From: Eledone cirrhosa
Lineage: Eukaryota
Length of the DNA: 64,000 bases
Reading direction: 5' to 3'
NCBI GenBank assembly: GCA_964016885.1
Contig: OZ024740.1
Location: 260,338,001-260,402,000 of the forward strand
Position 1 is the stretch's first letter; every line of letters starts with the position of its first letter. Below the pieces are notes generated by a model. That model saw nothing but the letters and a program-made list of their open reading frames with translations, ran no database searches and was not told the origin of the DNA. The position numbers and the translations under genes are program-made. This document shows, piece by piece, positions 15,671-28,425 of this stretch.

Positions 15671-15955
15671 TCATCATCATCATCATCATCGTTTAACGTC
15701 CATATTCCACGCTTGCATGGGTTTGGACGGGAGTTTTCCCACTTGAGGCAAGAGTGGTTGTCTTGCTTGCATAGGACTGTCTGGCGGGTTTTCTATGGCT
15801 GGATGCCCTTCCTAACACCAACCACGTTTACAGTGTGGACTGGGGGGTTTTTACTGTGTTACCTACACGGCCACATTACAGCGTGGACTGTGTGTTTTTT
15901 GTCGTAACACCTACACGACCTCATTTGTTTCGGACTGGATGTTGTGGTACCAACA
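15668..15955 (-). mobile_element. SINE with RTE-derived 3' tail and (GAT)n end
   Basis: Reverse complement of 21464-21752. Tail acccatgcaagcgtggaa..ggacgttaaacgatgatg resembles the RTE end at ~18970-19012. Confidence 0.8.
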
Positions 15956-16015
15956 TATATATATATATACCATCAACACTATAAACACAGAGCTGGCATA
16001 TCTAAGAACTGACTA

Positions 16016-16071
16016 ACTGCCTGATGAGGTCATAGCCATTCAATGGTTATCATCGAAATATATATGGCAGT
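16016..16071 (+). ncRNA. Type I hammerhead-like motif, probably inactive (G at the cleavage position)
   Basis: actgc-CTGATGA-stem II (atagcca/tggttat)-GAAA-tatata-TG-gcagt, followed by AATAAA. Confidence 0.7.
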
Positions 16072-16112
16072 AAATAAAGGATTATGAGTTCATGCAATTG
16101 ACTTATGTTTTG

Positions 16113-16147
<35 letters not shown>

Positions 16148-16206
16148 TAATGCCCTTGATATATGCCCTTGAGAAGCCCATCTGGGCGAACCGTACGTAG
16201 GTGCTG

Positions 16207-16238
<32 letters not shown>

Positions 16239-16265
16239 TATATATATATATATACACATACACAC

Positions 16266-16296
<31 letters not shown>

Positions 16297-16367
16297 TATA
16301 TATATATATATACACACACACACATATATATATATATACACACACACAAACATATATATATATATAT

Positions 16368-16400
<33 letters not shown>

Positions 16401-16465
16401 CACACACATATATATATACACACACACAAACATATATATATATATATTCTTTTTACATATAAAAA

Positions 16466-16929
16466 TGGGTGTGTTTATTGCGTAGATCACCAACACTAGG
16501 TAAGTAGCCATGTCTATGATACAGCTGAAGAGTCCTCCCAACCCTTTCTTTGGCAGACCTTCTCTGGCTGCATGCCCTTCCTATCACCAACCACTTTACA
16601 GAGTGTACTGGGTGTGTTTATTGTGTATATTACAAACACTAGGTAAGTAGCCATGTCTATGATACAGCTGAAGAGTCCTCCCAACCCTTTCTTTGGCAGA
16701 CCTTCTCTGGCTGCATGCCCTTCCTATCACCAACCACTTTACAGAGTGTACTGGGTGTGTTTATTGTGTAGATCACCAACACTAGGTAAGTAGCCATGTC
16801 TATGATACAGCTGAAGAGTCCTCCCAACCCTTTCTTTGGCAGACCTTCTCTGGCTGCATGCCCTTCCTATCACCAACCACTTTACAGAGTGTACTGGGTG
16901 TGTTTATTGTGTATATTACAAACACTAGT
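16466..16929. repeat. 143-bp tandem repeat, ~3.2 copies, containing an antisense SINE segment
   Basis: aacactag recurs at ~16492, 16635, 16778 and 16921. Confidence 0.9.
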
Positions 16930-17516
16930 GTCTTTTCTACTCTTTTTTTGCATGGTTTCTACATTTGGATGCCCTTCCTATCGTCAACCCCCTTACAGGT
17001 TATAATGGGTGCTTTGTTTATGGCACCAGTACAACAGAAGGTTTTTGTCTTTGATTTGACAGTAGAAATCTCTCTACCCTACAGAGGGGGAAGGGAGAAG
17101 GATGATAAGAATGATGTCATGGGGGTATGACAAGTGTGATGGGATTTGTAGGAGGAGAAGGTCTGAACTCTGTTAGTATAGGGGGGAGGGAACTGTAAGG
17201 ATATCTAGTAAGGGGTTGTGACTGATATATCAATAGTTTAGAGGTGGTTGTAGTGATGGTGAGTATAACTACTAAAGTGTTATGGTGAAGGCGGATATGA
17301 AGGGGGTGGTATATATATATATATATATATGGTGGTGATGATGATGGTGGTGGTGTTGTGGGTGTAAAGAAAGGGGAGGAAAGATGAATGAAAACAAGAT
17401 GAATAATCATAAGAAAACCATAACAACAGCAACAACCACATCACAAAAAACACACACACACACACACGTATACATACATACGTATATGCATGCACATGTC
17501 AAGTTTGTGTAGCAGC

Positions 17517-17564
<48 letters not shown>

Positions 17565-18117
17565 TGAGAGAGAGAGCGAGAGTGGGAGAGAGAGAAAGAG
17601 TGAGAGACATTTTGTAAAACAGAGCCCTTTCAAATAATTTCACTAAATCATGAGGAATTTGGTAGATGTTTTCCAATAATAGGTTGATTTTAATGACATT
17701 TTGTGTCTGTCTGACTAGCTGCCAGTCCGTCTGTTTTATCTGCTGGCTGCCTGTCTGTTTCTCTGTTAGTCTATTTGTCTGTCTGTCTGTTTCTGTGTCT
17801 TGTCTGTTGTCTGTGCAGTCTGTCTGTGCAAACAAATTGTTCACATTGGAGAGAGAGCAAGACAAATAGAGAGAGACAGAGATAGTGGGAGAGAGGGATG
17901 GAAAGAGGGGGGGGGGTAGAAATGGAGAGGGGTATCGAGGAGGAAGAAAGAGAGGTTAAATAACTCTGGGCTGACTACATTTATGTGGCTATGTCAGCAA
18001 TGTCAGATAAAAACAAAATAAAAAAAAGCATTAACAAGCCAAACTTAATCAGAATTGGGTTGTTGTTGTTGCTATTATTGTTGTATTATTTTTTTTATCA
18101 AAAAAATCTGTATTGGT

Positions 18118-19086
18118 TTAACCCTTCTGATACCAAACCTTCTAAAACTACCCCAAATTCTTCAATACAAAGCTGTTTGTTTTAAAGTGTTTATATTTAT
18201 CGAAAATCCTTCCATCATAATTCTATGTAAGAACATTTGTTAAACAATGTTCCAAAAGCTAGCTTAATAATGAGAAAGTTATTTGGAGTGTGCAATGTAA
18301 ATGTGAGATAAAGGTAGAGCTTAGGCAAGCTGAGGGAGAAGTTGGGTTTATGAGGAATCTGAGGTGGTGTGCAGGAGAGAAGACTGTATAGGAATGGTTG
18401 ACAGTTTCTGCTCTCTAGGTGATTTAATTAGGAGAAGAGGAAGGTACTCTGAGATCATAATAGCTAGAATAAAGATAAGATGGAAAAAGTTTAGAGAGCT
18501 ACACCCACTGTTGACAAAAAAAGATTTCTTTCTACATACAAAAGGATGTCTGTCTGTATGACGTCTGTGTGAGAAGTGTGATGCTGCATAGTAGTGAAAC
18601 ATGGGCTGTGACTGCCGGGGATATGCATAGATTGGAGAAAATAAAGCAACCATGCTTCATTGGATGTGCAATGTAGATGTGAGAGAAAGGCAGAGCCTAG
18701 ACGAACTGAGGGAGAAACTGGGTTTAAGCGGAATCTGAAGTGGTGCGCAAGAGAGAAGACTATGTTCGTACGGACATATGATGTGCATAGATTATGATCA
18801 CTGGGTGAAAAAGTACCAGGAAATCCCAGTGGAGGGAAACCACAATAAAAATAGACCAAAGAAGACCTGGGCAAAATGGTGAGAGCTGATAACATATCAC
18901 TGAGACTCACAGAGAAGATGACGAAGGAGCGTGGTGAGTGGAGAGATGCTGTGCTAAGAAGGATACGTCCAACCCATGCGAGCATGAAGAAATGGATGTT
19001 ATACTGATGATGATTAAATCAAAAATTTGATTATCTTTAAAATGCTATGAAAATATTTTATTAGAAATATGGCAATGAAAGAGTTA
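18118..19086 (+). mobile_element. TTAA-CCC...GGG-TTAA type (piggyBac-like) MITE split by an RTE fragment; related pieces at ~20785, ~22110 and ~52000-52260
   Basis: 5' ttaacccttctgatacc and 3' gaaatatggcaatgaaagagtta. Other pieces show ttaacccttttgttacc and ccacaaagggttaa. Confidence 0.5.
18290..19013 (+). mobile_element. RTE-clade LINE 3' fragment (decayed)
   Basis: VDSFCSLGDLI...ARIKIRWKKFRELHPLL and HSSETWA remnants. Ends acccatgcgagcatg...tgatgatga. Confidence 0.8.
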
Positions 19087-19756
19087 TTCACATGAGGAAG
19101 GTTTGCAAACATGGCCCTTTTTGGGGGCTCTTGAGGTTAGTGAGAGAAAAAGAGGAATTTGTGCTCAGAAACTCAATCAGAATGCTTGCAACAGACACAA
19201 TGGAGGCTTACATGGAGGCTATGAAAAGATTCAACAATAGAAACATTTAACTGCTTTATAACTGTTCTTGTTTTATTAAACTAAAGAGAAAATTTATTTA
19301 TTTATTTAATCAATTTAAACCTCCATATAGAACTTGTAAGCCATGGCAGACTATGAGAAGTATCTAGTACTTCTTACAGTTGAGAAATGAAAAAAAACAA
19401 GATATACAGAGATAAGTGAATATAAAAATAAAATAAAATTAAATTGTTTAAATACCTCTGTTGGTTATGATGATTGCCTGGAGTAACATGAAATAGAATA
19501 AAATAAAAATTAAATATAAAATTTAAACAGGGAAGGCCAACTAGAGGCAAAATAAGCATAAAAAAGATAAGGAAAATAATTAAGTTTATTTGTTTATTCG
19601 TTAGTAAGTTAATTAATATGTGGCTTAACATGCAGATGTGACTAAATGCTAATAACGTTTGCTTCACAATCATGAGTCTCTGAGTTTGATATCATACTGT
19701 GGCATCTCGTTAAAAGTTAGTTAAAGTCTGTCTTGAATCTTTGAATAATACACTGT

Positions 19757-20015
19757 ACATATTTCATGTTACTCCTGGCCATCCTCATAAGCAACAGAGG
19801 TAAAAACATTTTCCATGTTATGACAGGCCATCCTCATAAGCAACAGAGGTAAAAACATTTTCCATGTTATGACAGGCCATCCTCATAAACAACAGGGGTA
19901 CAAACATTTTCCATGTTATGACAAGCCATCCTCATAGGCAATGGGGATACACATATTTTCCATGCTATGACAGGCTATCCTCATAAGCAATGGGGATACA
20001 AATATTTTCCATGCT
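19757..20015. repeat. 49-bp tandem repeat, ~5 copies
   Basis: ggccatcctcataagcaac at 19777, 19826 and onward. Confidence 0.9.
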
Positions 20016-21125
20016 AAGAAGTCTTTTGTGTTTTCTTTTCATTTAATGTCTGTGAGAGAAGAAAATCTTAATTTGCATAAATATGATTCCTTGAGTCAAC
20101 TCATGATGGAATGGTTGGGGTGCTGTCTTAAACAATTTCAAATCTGGTGGAGAGGGGGTGGGGGAAGAGTGAGAGGGATACAGAGGTAGAATTGACTTCA
20201 ATATTAACCTGGTACTTTACTCATCGACCTCAAAAGAATGAAAAGCAAAGACAAAGATGATATCAACAGGTTTTGAACTCAGAATGCAGAAAGCCAGAAT
20301 GAACATCACAAAGCATTCTATCTGACATTCTAACGTCTCTGCACACTTCATTGCCTTATTCTAAATATATATGTCTGTGTTAATACAATATCCTAAACCA
20401 ACCAATATAATCCCTTGTTTTCTTACATGCAGCCATGATCCCCTTAATTTAATCCATGTAAACTGGAGACTGTTTGATGTTGTTATTGTTGGTCTTTAAG
20501 TTAGACAAGATCAAATGACAAACTGTTATATTTACTTCTCAGAAAACATGAAATATTCGTTGATAATATAAAAAATACTCTCTGATTTGTAGTGTCAACA
20601 CTGCTTTGCAACATCAACATTGATTCAATCTTGCCAAGTAAAGTATTTAGGTGCAGAGACATGGCTTTATTTTTTATTTTATCTTGGCAGTCATGAAGCC
20701 AACTGTAATCTTATCTTTCAGACATTTTGTCTCACAAGGGGAAACAACATCGCTATTCCACTTAAGAATATTAGAGGAGCAAATTTAACCCTTTTGTTAC
20801 CAACCTGGCCAAAACCGACTCTGCTTCTATGAAATAAAATCACCCATTTTAAAAGGTTCCTGTTTAAATTAAAATCTAACAGAATAAACAACAATAATAA
20901 ATTCATAACTCTTTAAAATTTACACCTACAAACACACTCACACTGTTTTTCCTATCTCAGTCACTTTCCAATCTCATGGTCTTGGGTTCTAACCCTATAT
21001 TTGTCCCTGTAAACAGTTATTTCTCCAAAGTTACTCATACATGTATGTCTTTTGTACATATTAAGATGCAATGTGTGTTTGTATATATGTATATGTATAT
21101 ATACACATGCATACATATATATATG

Positions 21126-21345
21126 AAAGAAGACTATGTTGGTATGGTCACGTGATGCGCATGAAAGACGACAGTTGTATAAAAAAGTGAAGGCCGATCA
21201 AAATTGATGGAAGTTACGGAGTAGGTAGACCCAGGAAAACCTGGGACGATTTGATAAATTCCGACCTCACACACTTACACCTCTCTAAGACAATGTCACT
21301 GGACCGAGAGCTTTGGCACTACACAGTAATACAGAAGACCCGCCT
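21126..21345 (+). mobile_element. RTE LINE 3' fragment
   Basis: ERRLCWYGHVMRM...GRPRKTW motifs. Confidence 0.75.
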
Positions 21346-21463
21346 TGCCTATGTACAAAGTGAAACCTACAGTCAGTAGACACCTCTTAATCAAATATAT
21401 ACCCCATCCCACTACCCCACCCCCACTCCCACCAACACCACCCTTTCTCTGTAAAGTTATGTT

Positions 21464-21752
21464 GGTATCACAACATCCAGTCCAAAATAAATGAGGTCGT
21501 GAAGGTGTCACAACAAAAAAACACACAGTCCACGCTGTAATGTGGCCGTGTAGGTAACACAGTAAAAACCTCCCAGTTCCACACTGTAAACGTGGTTGGT
21601 GTTAGGAAGGGCATCCAGCCGTAGAAAACCTGCCAGACAGCCCTATACGAGCGAGACATGGTCACCCGACCAATCTTGCCTCAAGTAGGACAATTCCCAT
21701 CTAAACCCATGCTAGCGTGGAAGATAGACGTTAAATGTTGATGATGATGATG
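21464..21752 (+). mobile_element. SINE with RTE-derived 3' tail
   Basis: gtggttggtgttaggaagggcatccagccgtagaaaac...acccatgctagcgtggaa...gatgatgatg. Confidence 0.8.
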
Positions 21753-22798
21753 ATATAATAAATTTCTCATCTCAGACATATTGCTACAATAAGTTCACTT
21801 TGCCATGATAAGGTCCTTGGTTCTAACTTTGCATTTGTCCTAAATAGTTATTTCTTCAAAGTTACTCATATGTATGTGTGTCATTTGTACATATATGCTG
21901 GTATGTATGGCATACTAATCCTGAACTCCAAAAATTCAAGATGTTCAACACTATTGCTGTCATTATTGATGGCATGGGTTCACAAGTTTTATATAAGAAT
22001 CATGTCAAGTAACTAACTTCGTAATGAAATAATTAATAATTTTAATAAATCTTTCAAAATTCTTAATTCAAATAGAGTGTATTTCATTAGAAATATTGCC
22101 ACAAAGGGTTAATATGTCTCCTTGCTTAACACTACTCATTCTTTATTGTCTATTCTTATACAGAAACTGTGTAATATGACAGTTGCAGCTTGAAAAAGTC
22201 TGTCTCCCTCATACTGGTACTCTTGGGATCCAAATAATAGAGTTGGTAATTTTTCTAAGTTGTCTTCCTAGATTCCTTTTTAAACCAGAATTAGTTTTTT
22301 AGTTTACATATGGTGACCCCAACCCATCCTATTTATTTTCTAATGTATGGGATTTCTTATAATGTTCTTTTTTTTGTCATGTATAATGTTTTTTAATGTC
22401 TAAAGAAAATTAATTGTTGCAAGAATGCAACCACTTAAAATAAAATTTGGCTGGAGATAGATTAGTAAATTTTAATAAGTGGGGGTTGGGGTGGAGTAAG
22501 AGTGGAAGAGGAGGTTCGAAAGAATCTGAAAAATTGATAAGCAGGGGGAGGTGGATGATTATTCGAGACCTGAGAGTATTTAGAGCAGGTTGGTAGTTGG
22601 TTCATGGAGTTTCAGTCAAGAAATAAGGATGATGTTTGAGGTAGGAATTATGGATGATGTCTTCGATCTAGTATATACATTCTTTTTTATTAGCTTTGTT
22701 TTAACGAGTGTATTAGTTACAAGTTGGCATTTGATGGTCTTATTCACTGGATGTTTTGTTTATTGTTGGCTTTGTTTTTGGAGTGTATTATTTACACG

Positions 22799-22980
22799 AT
22801 GGATTGGCAGTATCGGTAGAGGGTCGGACGTCATGCTTTCCAGCATAGTTACGTCCCTTTACGATCTGAGTTCAAATCCCGCCGAGGTTGACTTTGCCTT
22901 TCATCCTTACGAGGTCGATAAAATAAAAGTACCAGTAATGCACTGGGTAATTGCTGGCCTTGTGCCTAAAGTAGAAACAA
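22799..22980 (+). mobile_element. tRNA-derived SINE with Deu/Nin-like central domain
   Basis: A-box-like tggcagtatcgg, B-box gagttcaaatccc, then gcctttcatccttacgaggtcgataaaataaagtaccag. Near-identical copies at 44239 and 54835, degenerate minus-strand copy at ~20200-20300. Confidence 0.85.
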
Positions 22981-23199
22981 CTATTTACATATAGGGACAT
23001 TCAGTGATTACTATGTGTTTGTTCTAGGTGTATCTACATTCAGTTTTAGGTGTTTGACAGTCCTATTTGCTTTTTGACTTATATTATGTAATGATGACCA
23101 ATAGAGTTGTATGTAATAAGTACTTTATTTATACTACAGTGAGCAGTGTGGCTAAAATGGAGGTGAGTATGTTACTTCTCCAGTGTGGACACAATACAG

Positions 23200-23620
23200 T
23201 CAAATGGTTAGGAAGTTTGCTTCATAATCATTAGGTCCTGGGTTCGAGCCAACTGTGTATCATCTTGGAAAGTGTCATTTACTATAGCCTCAGGTTGACT
23301 CAAGGCTTGTGAGTGAAACTAGGTAGACAGAAACTGTTTGGAAGCCTGTCAGATGGACTGTACATGTAAATAGTGAAGGTACGTGGCTTAATGATTAGGA
23401 AATTGGATTCACAATTGTGAGATTGTGAGTTCAATTACCAGGCTGGGAAATACATTATGTCCTTGAGCAAGACATTTTATTTCATGTTGCTCTTTCTGTC
23501 AGGAGTTTCAATCTAACAAGTTCCACCTGTAATTCAAAGAGCTAGCCATGTCATATACTGTGCCACACTGAATCATCATCATCACCATGAATCTCCCAAA
23601 CAACATTATTAAGGGTGCAT
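23200..23620 (+). mobile_element. Two adjacent old tRNA-derived SINEs
   Basis: B-box-like ggttcgagcc (~23241) followed by actatagcctc..ttgtgagtg..gtagacagaaactg. The second has gagttcaatt..gtccttgagcaagaca. Confidence 0.6.
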
Positions 23621-23890
23621 GTGTGTTCTACAGACACATATCAAAGACCAAAGATGGTAGGGTGGAATATGAGGGTGATATAGCTACTATTTCTAACAGG
23701 TTGAACCATTATGAAATATAAAGGCTTAATAATGGACCAATCTATTTTTAGTATAAATGTTTCTAAAAAATATAACAAGAAGCAATCAATGAAATAGATT
23801 GGTTCATTTAAACAACAGACCAGTCCATTTCTAGCATAGGTGTTACCAGAATATTTAATGAGGAGGAATGTATAAAATAAAGGTTTAAAT

Positions 23891-24149
23891 CAAGCATGGG
23901 CAACCTTTTTCGAGAAGCGAGCCGTATGAGATATGGTTCATCATCAGGTAGGCTGCAAGTGCTAATATACATTCGGGCCCACATTAAAAAAAAGTGTGGT
24001 AACTCAGGTTGTTTTGATTTGTTTTTTCAGAATTCGTACACGTTGTTTTCCGACTGAAAAGTTGGGGTAAAAAAATCAGAAAGATTTCACTTAGGTGACT
24101 TAGGCGAGCCATTCAGAAAGCTTCGCGGCCCGCAGGTTGCCCATGACTG
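23891..24149. mobile_element. hAT-type MITE with a perfect 8-bp TSD
   Basis: TIRs caagcatgggcaacct / aggttgcccatgactg. TSD gtttaaat at 23883-90 and 24150-57. Confidence 0.9.
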
Positions 24150-24685
24150 GTTTAAATAATGGATCAGTTTATTTCAAGTGGAGGTGTTGCCAAAAAAAGC
24201 TAATGAGAGTGACACGGTAAAATGAACTAGTTCATTTAAACAATGGATCATTCCATTTCTGATTTAAGTGTTACCAGAATGTTGCACTAGAAGGAATCAG
24301 TGAAATGGACAGGTCCATTTAAACAATGGGTAAGTCCAAATAAATGCAGATGTCAGAAAGACTAATGAATAGGAATCAGTGAAATAGACTGGTCCATTTA
24401 AACCATGCGTAAGTCCATTTCAAGTGGCGATGTTGCAAGGAAGTCTAATGTCCATTTCTAGTATAGGGGTTGCCAGAAGGGCTAACAAGGAAAATCAGTG
24501 AACTAAAGGTTTAAATAACAGACCAGTCCATTTCTGATATAGGTATTGCCAGGATAAATTTGTGGAACAAGAGTTTTAAGCAGTGGATTAGTTCATTTTT
24601 ATGTAGGTGTTGCTACAAAGTCTAATGAAAGGGAATCAGTTGAATGGTCTGGTCCATTTAAATAATGGGTAAGTCTGTTTCAAAC

Positions 24686-25002
24686 CAGAGGTGTGCAACA
24701 TATTCTATTGGCGGGCCACTTTTGAACATTGGAACAACTATTAGGGCCATTAATATTTATTAAGCACTATTCCAAAGATTCACCACAACTTCTTTCTTTA
24801 ACATGGAACTGGGAAATTATAACACACAGCCCCATCAGTGAAGCCCTTTAGTATAGGTCAACTAACAGAAAATTGTATTACGGCTGCGAAAAAAATTCTA
24901 AATAAGCCTACAAGATAAAAATTAAAAACGGTCATTGCAGGCCACTCTGACTGGTCTGGTGGGCCAGATTGTGGCCTGCAGACCGCCTGTTACACACCCC
25001 TG
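24686..25002. mobile_element. hAT-type MITE (second family)
   Basis: TIRs cagaggtgtgcaaca / tgttacacacccctg. Flanks tttcaaac / atttaaac match at 6 of 8. Confidence 0.8.
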
Positions 25003-25360
25003 ATTTAAACAATGGGTAAATCCATTTCTAGCGGGGGTGTTGCCAGAAGATGTAATGAGAGGGAATAAGTGAAATGGACTAGTCCAATTAATCAATGGAT
25101 AACTCCATTTCAAGTGCAGATGTTGCCAGAAAGTGTAATGAATAGGAAGAAGTGAAATAAACTAATCCATTTAAACAATGGGTAAGTCCATTTCTGGTGT
25201 AGGTGTTGCAATATTTCACATAGTTATTCTAACCACAATAATTGCCCTTAATGGAAAGCAGTCTTTATGTTAGGTTACTTTATTGAAGTTGATACTAATA
25301 CTGAGAGACAGGGATACATGAGGGGTAAGGGAAGAGGGAATATACACACACACGCACATA

Positions 25361-25394
<34 letters not shown>

Positions 25395-25817
25395 CTATAA
25401 ATTATGTCCTTAGAATCATTTGATAAAATATATACTCAATTTCCTCTCCCAATTATATATATATATATATCTTTATATATATATATATATATGTATATAC
25501 GTATGTATGTATGCATACACATATATACATGTATGTATATATACATATATATGCATATATATATATATGTATATATGTATATACACTCATATACATGTAT
25601 ATATACCGATTTACTGGTCCCTATTATTCCCTTCCTATCTACCTACCTATCTACATTCCTAACTACCTACCTATCCCCCCCTCTCTCTCTCTATCTCTCT
25701 CTCTCTCTCTCTTTCTATATATATATATATATATATATATATTTGGTGTGGGATGCTTAAAGCGTCCGTATGCGGTAGGCCGTTTGAGCACTCGATGCTC
25801 TTACAGAGGAGAGTATA

Positions 25818-26109
25818 ATATCACATAAGAAACGGAGAATCAGCGGTGCAACGAATTAAAATTTATCAGACATATTACAATCGTTTCTCTGGCAACCAGC
25901 TCGAGGCACGATCGATGCGATGATCGAACCTGACCCATTTGGAAACTTTGCTCGAAAGATTGAGACGTATCTGAGGATCTTACGATTTCAGAGTCAGGTT
26001 CGATCATCGCATCCATCGTGCTTCGAGCTGGTCGCCAGAGAAACGATTGTAATATGTCTAATAAATTTTAATTCGTCGCACCACTGATTCTCCGTTTCTT
26101 ATGTGATAT
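25818..26109. mobile_element. PLE pseudo-LTR-like fold-back (~115-bp arms)
   Basis: Arms 25818-25934 and 25993-26109, ending in (TA)n. Confidence 0.8.
25964..26058 (+). ncRNA. Type I hammerhead ribozyme, intact core, long stem II
   Basis: gacgtat-CTGAGGA-62 nt-GAAA-cgattg-TA-atatgtc (7-bp stem I with one GU), then AATAAA. Confidence 0.8.
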
Positions 26110-26123
26110 ATATATATATATAT

Positions 26124-26503
26124 ATTATGAAGAGAGAAGAAACATTTAGATATAATTAGTAATAAGATGTATCATACCTAAACTGCTTCTAGATTCCTCG
26201 ACTACGTAGTTTCGTGGCATAATCAAAAACAATACATCATCTGTTTCTTGACCGTTGTATCACGTGACTGACTCCCCCTCCGCCTTTTGGGATTCTATCT
26301 CACATCTTATAGACGTGTTCTTGAGGCTAGTAAAATGAGGTATCCTCTTGATAAGTCGGCAGACCTCACAAAAGCTCTATATCTCTATGATGCATTGTTT
26401 TTGATTATGCCACGAAACTACGTAGTCGAGGAATCTAGAAGCAGTTTAGGTATGATACATCTTATTACTAATTATATCTAAATGTTTCTTCTCTCTTCAT
26501 AAT
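26124..26503. mobile_element. Fold-back (~117-bp arms) with a degenerate hammerhead at 26344-26431
   Basis: cctc-TTGATAA-...-GAAA-ctacgtag-TC-gagg. Arms nearly perfect. Confidence 0.75.
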
Positions 26504-26668
26504 GTACTTTTAGCTCTGATACTGGTTCAGTCTAATCCATTCGGATTGGTTTGTCCCAGTTATTCATAGAGCAACATCGGTTAAGGTTGGCACCATTAAC
26601 TCAAGGATGGATGTGGATATATTCATGTATATGTGTGTGTCCGCATGCATCTGTGTGTTTCTCAATAT

Positions 26669-26721
<53 letters not shown>

Positions 26722-26725
<4 letters not shown>

Positions 26726-26919
26726 AAAAAAAGGAAATTTCATTTCTCACTCTTAGTACGACTGATAAATGTTCTGTAAACCCATACGTACATATATATA
26801 TATGTGCATGTATGTATGTACTACTGTACGTCTGTATACATATATGTATGTACGTGTACATACTTATATTTAAGTATCAGCCGTACTAAGAGTGAGAAAT
26901 GTAATTTCATTTTTTCCAT
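26722..26919. mobile_element. Short element with an inverted 5' piece, same family as 63405-63720
   Basis: catttctcactcttagtacg / cgtactaagagtgagaaatg. The body matches 63546-63718. Confidence 0.75.
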
Positions 26920-27034
26920 TTATCGTTTTCGGTACCGACTTACTCACTCGATATGCAAATTAGGCTGCTCAGCCGTTAATATGCACAAGGAAAGTATATA
27001 CTTTCAAACGTTCAATCAACTGACATGAAGGTAT

Positions 27035-27077
27035 ACGGTGATGATGACAGCTAATAAGCTAGAAACTAGTTCATCGT
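27035..27077 (+). ncRNA. Minimal hammerhead motif with a C3A core change
   Basis: acggtg-ATGATGA-c-agct-aata-agct-a-GAAA-ctag-TT-catcgt. Confidence 0.65.
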
Positions 27078-27189
27078 TCTTTTGTCAGTGTTGAACAAAA
27101 GGGCAACGATGGTTGCCGAACACTGTACGGCTTAATTCGGGCTGTTTGTTTACAAACAAACCGAACATTATAATAAATATATATATAAC

Positions 27190-27263
<74 letters not shown>

Positions 27264-27414
27264 ATAAATTAACGGAGCCATAGACACTCGTTATTCCCTG
27301 TAAATTATGTGCTCAAAGGAAAAGGAATCCTGAGCTCTTTAAAATATAATATGTTGAAAGGGTAACGCACTAGAGAGAGAGAGAGAGAGATCGTGTTACC
27401 CTTTCAACTTATTG

Positions 27415-27495
<81 letters not shown>

Positions 27496-27550
27496 TCTGT
27501 ATGTCTATCTTTCTAACTATTTACACACACACACACACACACTCACACAT

Positions 27551-27655
<105 letters not shown>

Positions 27656-27688
27656 TATAAATATTAATAAAATAGATGTTCAATTACA

Positions 27689-27739
27689 TTTTATTATACA
27701 TATTTCGGATGTACAACAGTACGTCCACATCAGACAAAA
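27689..27739 (-). ncRNA. Minimal hammerhead motif (A9U), at the 3' end of a probable decayed PLE (~27650-28410)
   Basis: Minus strand ttttgt-CTGATGT-ggacgtac-tgtt-gtacatcc-GAAA-tatgta-TA-ataaaa. Faint YVD and LKIT..SVNF RT-like remnants near 28240-28310. Confidence 0.65.
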
Positions 27740-28425
27740 TATAATGATACATGACATACCCTGAGATGTTAAATGGTTAAGATTTAATCAAGGTAGTGAT
27801 TAACCTAAGAGAAAATTTAACATTTATACCCTAATAATGAGAAAATGCGAAAACGTAATAAATTCAATAGAGAATGTGTGAGTAAGAAAAACGTTGCTTA
27901 ATGTAACAGTTATCGAGATTTTAATATGTATGATACTACAATTTATCTAGGAAAGCATTTCATGAATTATAACAGTCAGTGAGAGAGAGAGGGGGAAAGA
28001 TGAGGGGGATAATGTATGGAGGAGGAGATTTTTTTCCGAAAGTTAAACGGTTAAGTTTGAAAATATTTAATTTATGTTATCTTAGGGTGAAGAATCAATA
28101 TTTTAGTTTTTTCTTTTAAATTGGTGGTTATTTATATATTAGTTTTGTAAATTTTATAAGTGTGTTAACACTTCTAAGCTTCTGAATGTTTTGATGATAA
28201 GATTTAAAGGGTTTAGCTGGCCATTATTAAGGAAAGTTTACACTGTTGAATATTTTCCTAAATGTAATCTTTAATGAAGTTAGTCATTGTCAACGTATTA
28301 GGTATGTAAAGCTTTTGAAGTACTTATTGTTATAAAAATTTAAATAATGGTTATGTATATAGATATATATTAATTAATGAGTCAGTATATTTTAGGTAAA
28401 TCTCTTCAATATATATATATATATA

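Larger units (their letters stand above)
23720..25210. repeat. Diverged ~80-bp satellite hosting two hAT MITEs
   Basis: Recurrent aatcagtgaaatggac..tccatttaaacaatggg..tccatttc..ggtgttgccag. Confidence 0.8.

Noticed and set aside
16165-16204. Hammerhead-like gccc-atct-gggc hairpin with cgtacg palindrome
   Set aside because: The core has several changes (TTGAGAA, GAAC). Counted only as a decayed relic.
22150-22800. Possible PLE coding remnant flanking the SINE
   Set aside because: Only a lone CNC motif on the minus strand, which is insufficient.
22799-22885. tRNA gene
   Set aside because: The A/B boxes belong to a multi-copy SINE head; no full cloverleaf.
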